Positions 54,155 through 56,164 of a stretch of DNA of 56,164 nucleotides are shown one piece after another. Each line of letters starts with the position of its first letter. Position 1 is the first letter of the stretch. Source of the stretch: a virus (Duplodnaviria; Caudoviricetes); the IMG/VR virus record IMGVR_UViG_3300010206_000038, positions 1-56,164 of that record, one strand, 5' to 3'. The notes under the pieces were generated by a model. The model was not told the origin of the DNA and ran no database searches. It was given only the letters and a program-made list of their open reading frames with translations. A program made the position numbers and the translations under genes.

Positions 54155-54373
54155 TTATACGTTGCCGCCCGTGCCAGTCGCAACCATCCGGTCAAGGCCC
54201 ACCTTGCGCGCCTCAGCCGCCGTCGGGTTGTCCTTCCCGAACCATTTGACCGCGAACGCCCGTTGTCCCGCGTCATCGTCTATCGCCAGAAATTCGCGCA
54301 CGGCATCGGGGCCAAGGGCGATGATCGAGAGGACGGACTGAACGTCGAAGCGGCTAAGTCCGAATAGAGACAT
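54155..54373 (-). CDS. Small hypothetical protein
   Basis: AGGAG RBS. Confidence 0.65.
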   Translation of the reverse strand: MSLFGLSRFDVQSVLSIIALGPDAVREFLAIDDDAGQRAFAVKWFGKDNPTAAEARKVGLDRMVATGTGGNV

Positions 54374-54409
54374 TGGTTTCTCCTATTGATTTACGTTCCG
54401 CAGATCACT

Positions 54410-54630
54410 TCAGGCGTCAACAATCTCCTGGTCGCGCACATCGAGCGCGGCGCGCAACCGCCGAACCTCGGCCAAAAGCCGGGCGATATCATCAATCGAT
54501 TCCTCGATCATATCACCTTCGTCTGGGCCGAAATATTCCATGGAGCAGCATGATTTTGCGGCGATCTTTGCCCGCGACTCGATCTCGCATAGGTCGGCGT
54601 CGGTAAGGGGGTGATGCTGGGGGCGGTCAT
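54410..54630 (-). pseudogene. Frameshifted small phage gene (LTD..L.EIE.RA...LLAEVRRLR family)
   Basis: Coupled ATG at 54630 is one base out of frame with the recognisable body; C5 run at 54607-54611. Confidence 0.5.
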
Positions 54631-54875
54631 ATCGTGGGGAGCCTATTTCTTTGGGCGATGATAGTGGCAAGGCGCTCGGCATCTGCGAGCAGATTATTCA
54701 TGTGCCGACGGATGATCGCCACTTTGGTCGGGTCTGGCTCAGTGTCGGCGATTGCCTTCAGGATTCCGCAGGCGTAGGCAATCGGGCCGGTGAATAATTC
54801 TATGTCGTCCGCAGCCTGGGGCGACACTGCCCGGATCGGGGCGAGGCTATCAGAGCTATGTGTCGCGTCGGTCAT
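54627..54875 (-). CDS. Small hypothetical protein divergent from int
   Basis: GGAGGA RBS. Confidence 0.6.
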   Translation of the reverse strand: MTDATHSSDSLAPIRAVSPQAADDIELFTGPIAYACGILKAIADTEPDPTKVAIIRRHMNNLLADAERLATIIAQRNRLPTI

Positions 54876-54919
54876 GTCGTGTTATCCTCCGACCATTCGT
54901 CTTTTTGCAAGGGACCGCC

Positions 54920-56164
54920 ATGCCGGTTCGGAAATCATCATATACCCCGAAGGATGGAAAGCCGGGATGGGTCTGTGATTATAAAGATGCGGCAGGAAAG
55001 CGCCACCAGGAGGCGTTCTCCACCAAGAAAGCTGCCGATGCTCGGTTCTCCGAAGTGCAGGCGCAGATCCAGCAGGGAAAGCACGTTGCCAACAGCGCGA
55101 CTGTCACCGTGCAGGCTGCCTATGAACTTTTCATCGCCGCAATCGAGGCTGATGGCGCGGCCCCATCCACCGTTAAGGGGCACACGCTGTATTACAAGAA
55201 CCATGTCGCGCCGTTCCTGGCCGACAAACGCCTCACGATGATCGCCCCGGCGACGGTTCAGGGCTATCTCGACGACTTGCGCGAGAGCGGGCGCAGCGAC
55301 GACACGATCAATCGGGCGAAACAGACGCTCGGGACGATCATCGACGAGGCGGTCAGGACGGGCCGAGCCGCGTTCAACCCGGTTCGGTCGCTGAAATCCC
55401 GCCGCCGCGTCCGCCGCAAGGATATCGAGGACCGGACGGCACGATCGTCTGCCGTCATCCCAGAGCGATCCGACGTCAAACTCCTGATCGAGGGTGCTGA
55501 CCCGGGGCGCGTGTGGAAGACAGGCGGCGGCCCAGTGTCTGCGGCGAAGTGGCTTCAGCCGTGGATGGCGTGCATCGCGTTCGCTGGCCTGCGTCCGGGA
55601 GAGGCGCGCGGTCTGACCTGGGCGGCGGTCAACTTCGACGCAGGCTTCATCGACGTTCGCACGGCGGCGGACGGGTTCGGAAACCTTGGACCGGTCAAGA
55701 CAGCGGCTGCGGTGCGGCGCGTGCCGATCGGCGACATCCTGGCCGGTATGTTGCGGGATTGGCACGAGCGATGGGTATGGAACGCCCATGACCTCGTGTT
55801 CGCGACCAAGGGAGAGCAGACGGCGGAGGGAAAGCCGCCTCTTATCAGTCTGTCGAACGCGCTTCGACTGCAATTTAACCCCCTGCAAAAGCGACTCGGT
55901 CTGGTCGATGACGCTGGCGATCCCCGCTATACGCCCCACAAGCTGCGCCACTTCGCCGTCTCGCTTTGGATCGACGAAGGGGCGGACATCAAGCAGATAT
56001 CGCAGTGGGTGGGGCATGAGAGCGTGGCCTTCACGATGGACGTTTACGGGCACCTGTTCAGGGCGCGGGCACTCGACCGGACGGCAGCGACGGCTGGCGA
56101 AATATCAGTGATGCAAGCTGCGCTGCCGGGGCCGGAGGAAAACGAAGATTCCGAGGACTCTTAG
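54920..56164 (+). CDS. int: Tyrosine integrase
   Basis: N-terminal arm-binding-like domain; catalytic R (GLRPGE), K (PVKT), HKLRH, VGH and Y (DVYGH). Confidence 0.95.
   Translation: MPVRKSSYTPKDGKPGWVCDYKDAAGKRHQEAFSTKKAADARFSEVQAQIQQGKHVANSATVTVQAAYELFIAAIEADGAAPSTVKGHTLYYKNHVAPFLADKRLTMIAPATVQGYLDDLRESGRSDDTINRAKQTLGTIIDEAVRTGRAAFNPVRSLKSRRRVRRKDIEDRTARSSAVIPERSDVKLLIEGADPGRVWKTGGGPVSAAKWLQPWMACIAFAGLRPGEARGLTWAAVNFDAGFIDVRTAADGFGNLGPVKTAAAVRRVPIGDILAGMLRDWHERWVWNAHDLVFATKGEQTAEGKPPLISLSNALRLQFNPLQKRLGLVDDAGDPRYTPHKLRHFAVSLWIDEGADIKQISQWVGHESVAFTMDVYGHLFRARALDRTAATAGEISVMQAALPGPEENEDSEDS

Larger units (their letters stand above)
1..56164. mobile_element. Temperate siphovirus prophage (lambdoid organisation, HK97-like head)
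   Basis: Ordered modules for recombination, cI/cro, replication, Q-like regulator, terminase, portal, capsid, tail, lysis and integrase. att sites are not visible inside the window. Confidence 0.95.

Overview
The window is essentially one complete-looking, GC-rich temperate siphovirus prophage with a lambdoid layout and an HK97-type head. The host is probably an alphaproteobacterium, possibly Rhodospirillales; this is inferred from protein family resemblance. Order: leftward early operon (1-10.4 kb; YqaJ exonuclease, DEDDh exonuclease, PAPS-reductase-like and Gp37Gp68 genes, an acyl-carrier-protein fusion); about 3 kb of accessory genes between the left operator and cI (secreted PLD nuclease, an AT-rich unknown gene pair, small secreted proteins); cI/cro switch with TGCA-N4-TGCA operators; rightward early and replication genes with two methyltransferase-like genes; a Q-like gene with a pR'-like promoter and terminator; an inverted peptide+XRE cassette; four tRNA genes; HNH, terminase, portal, protease and capsid; tail genes with a lipoprotein+Mrr moron; lysis genes; a 450-nt structured non-coding region containing a C4-like RNA; and a tyrosine integrase ending at the window edge. 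The best novelty candidates are the structured RNA module beside int, the phage-domain/ACP fusion within a trio of host-like early genes, the RBS-sequestered 22-aa peptide+XRE cassette, and the AT-rich gene pair in the immunity region. All assignments come from reading motifs by eye; no searches were run.
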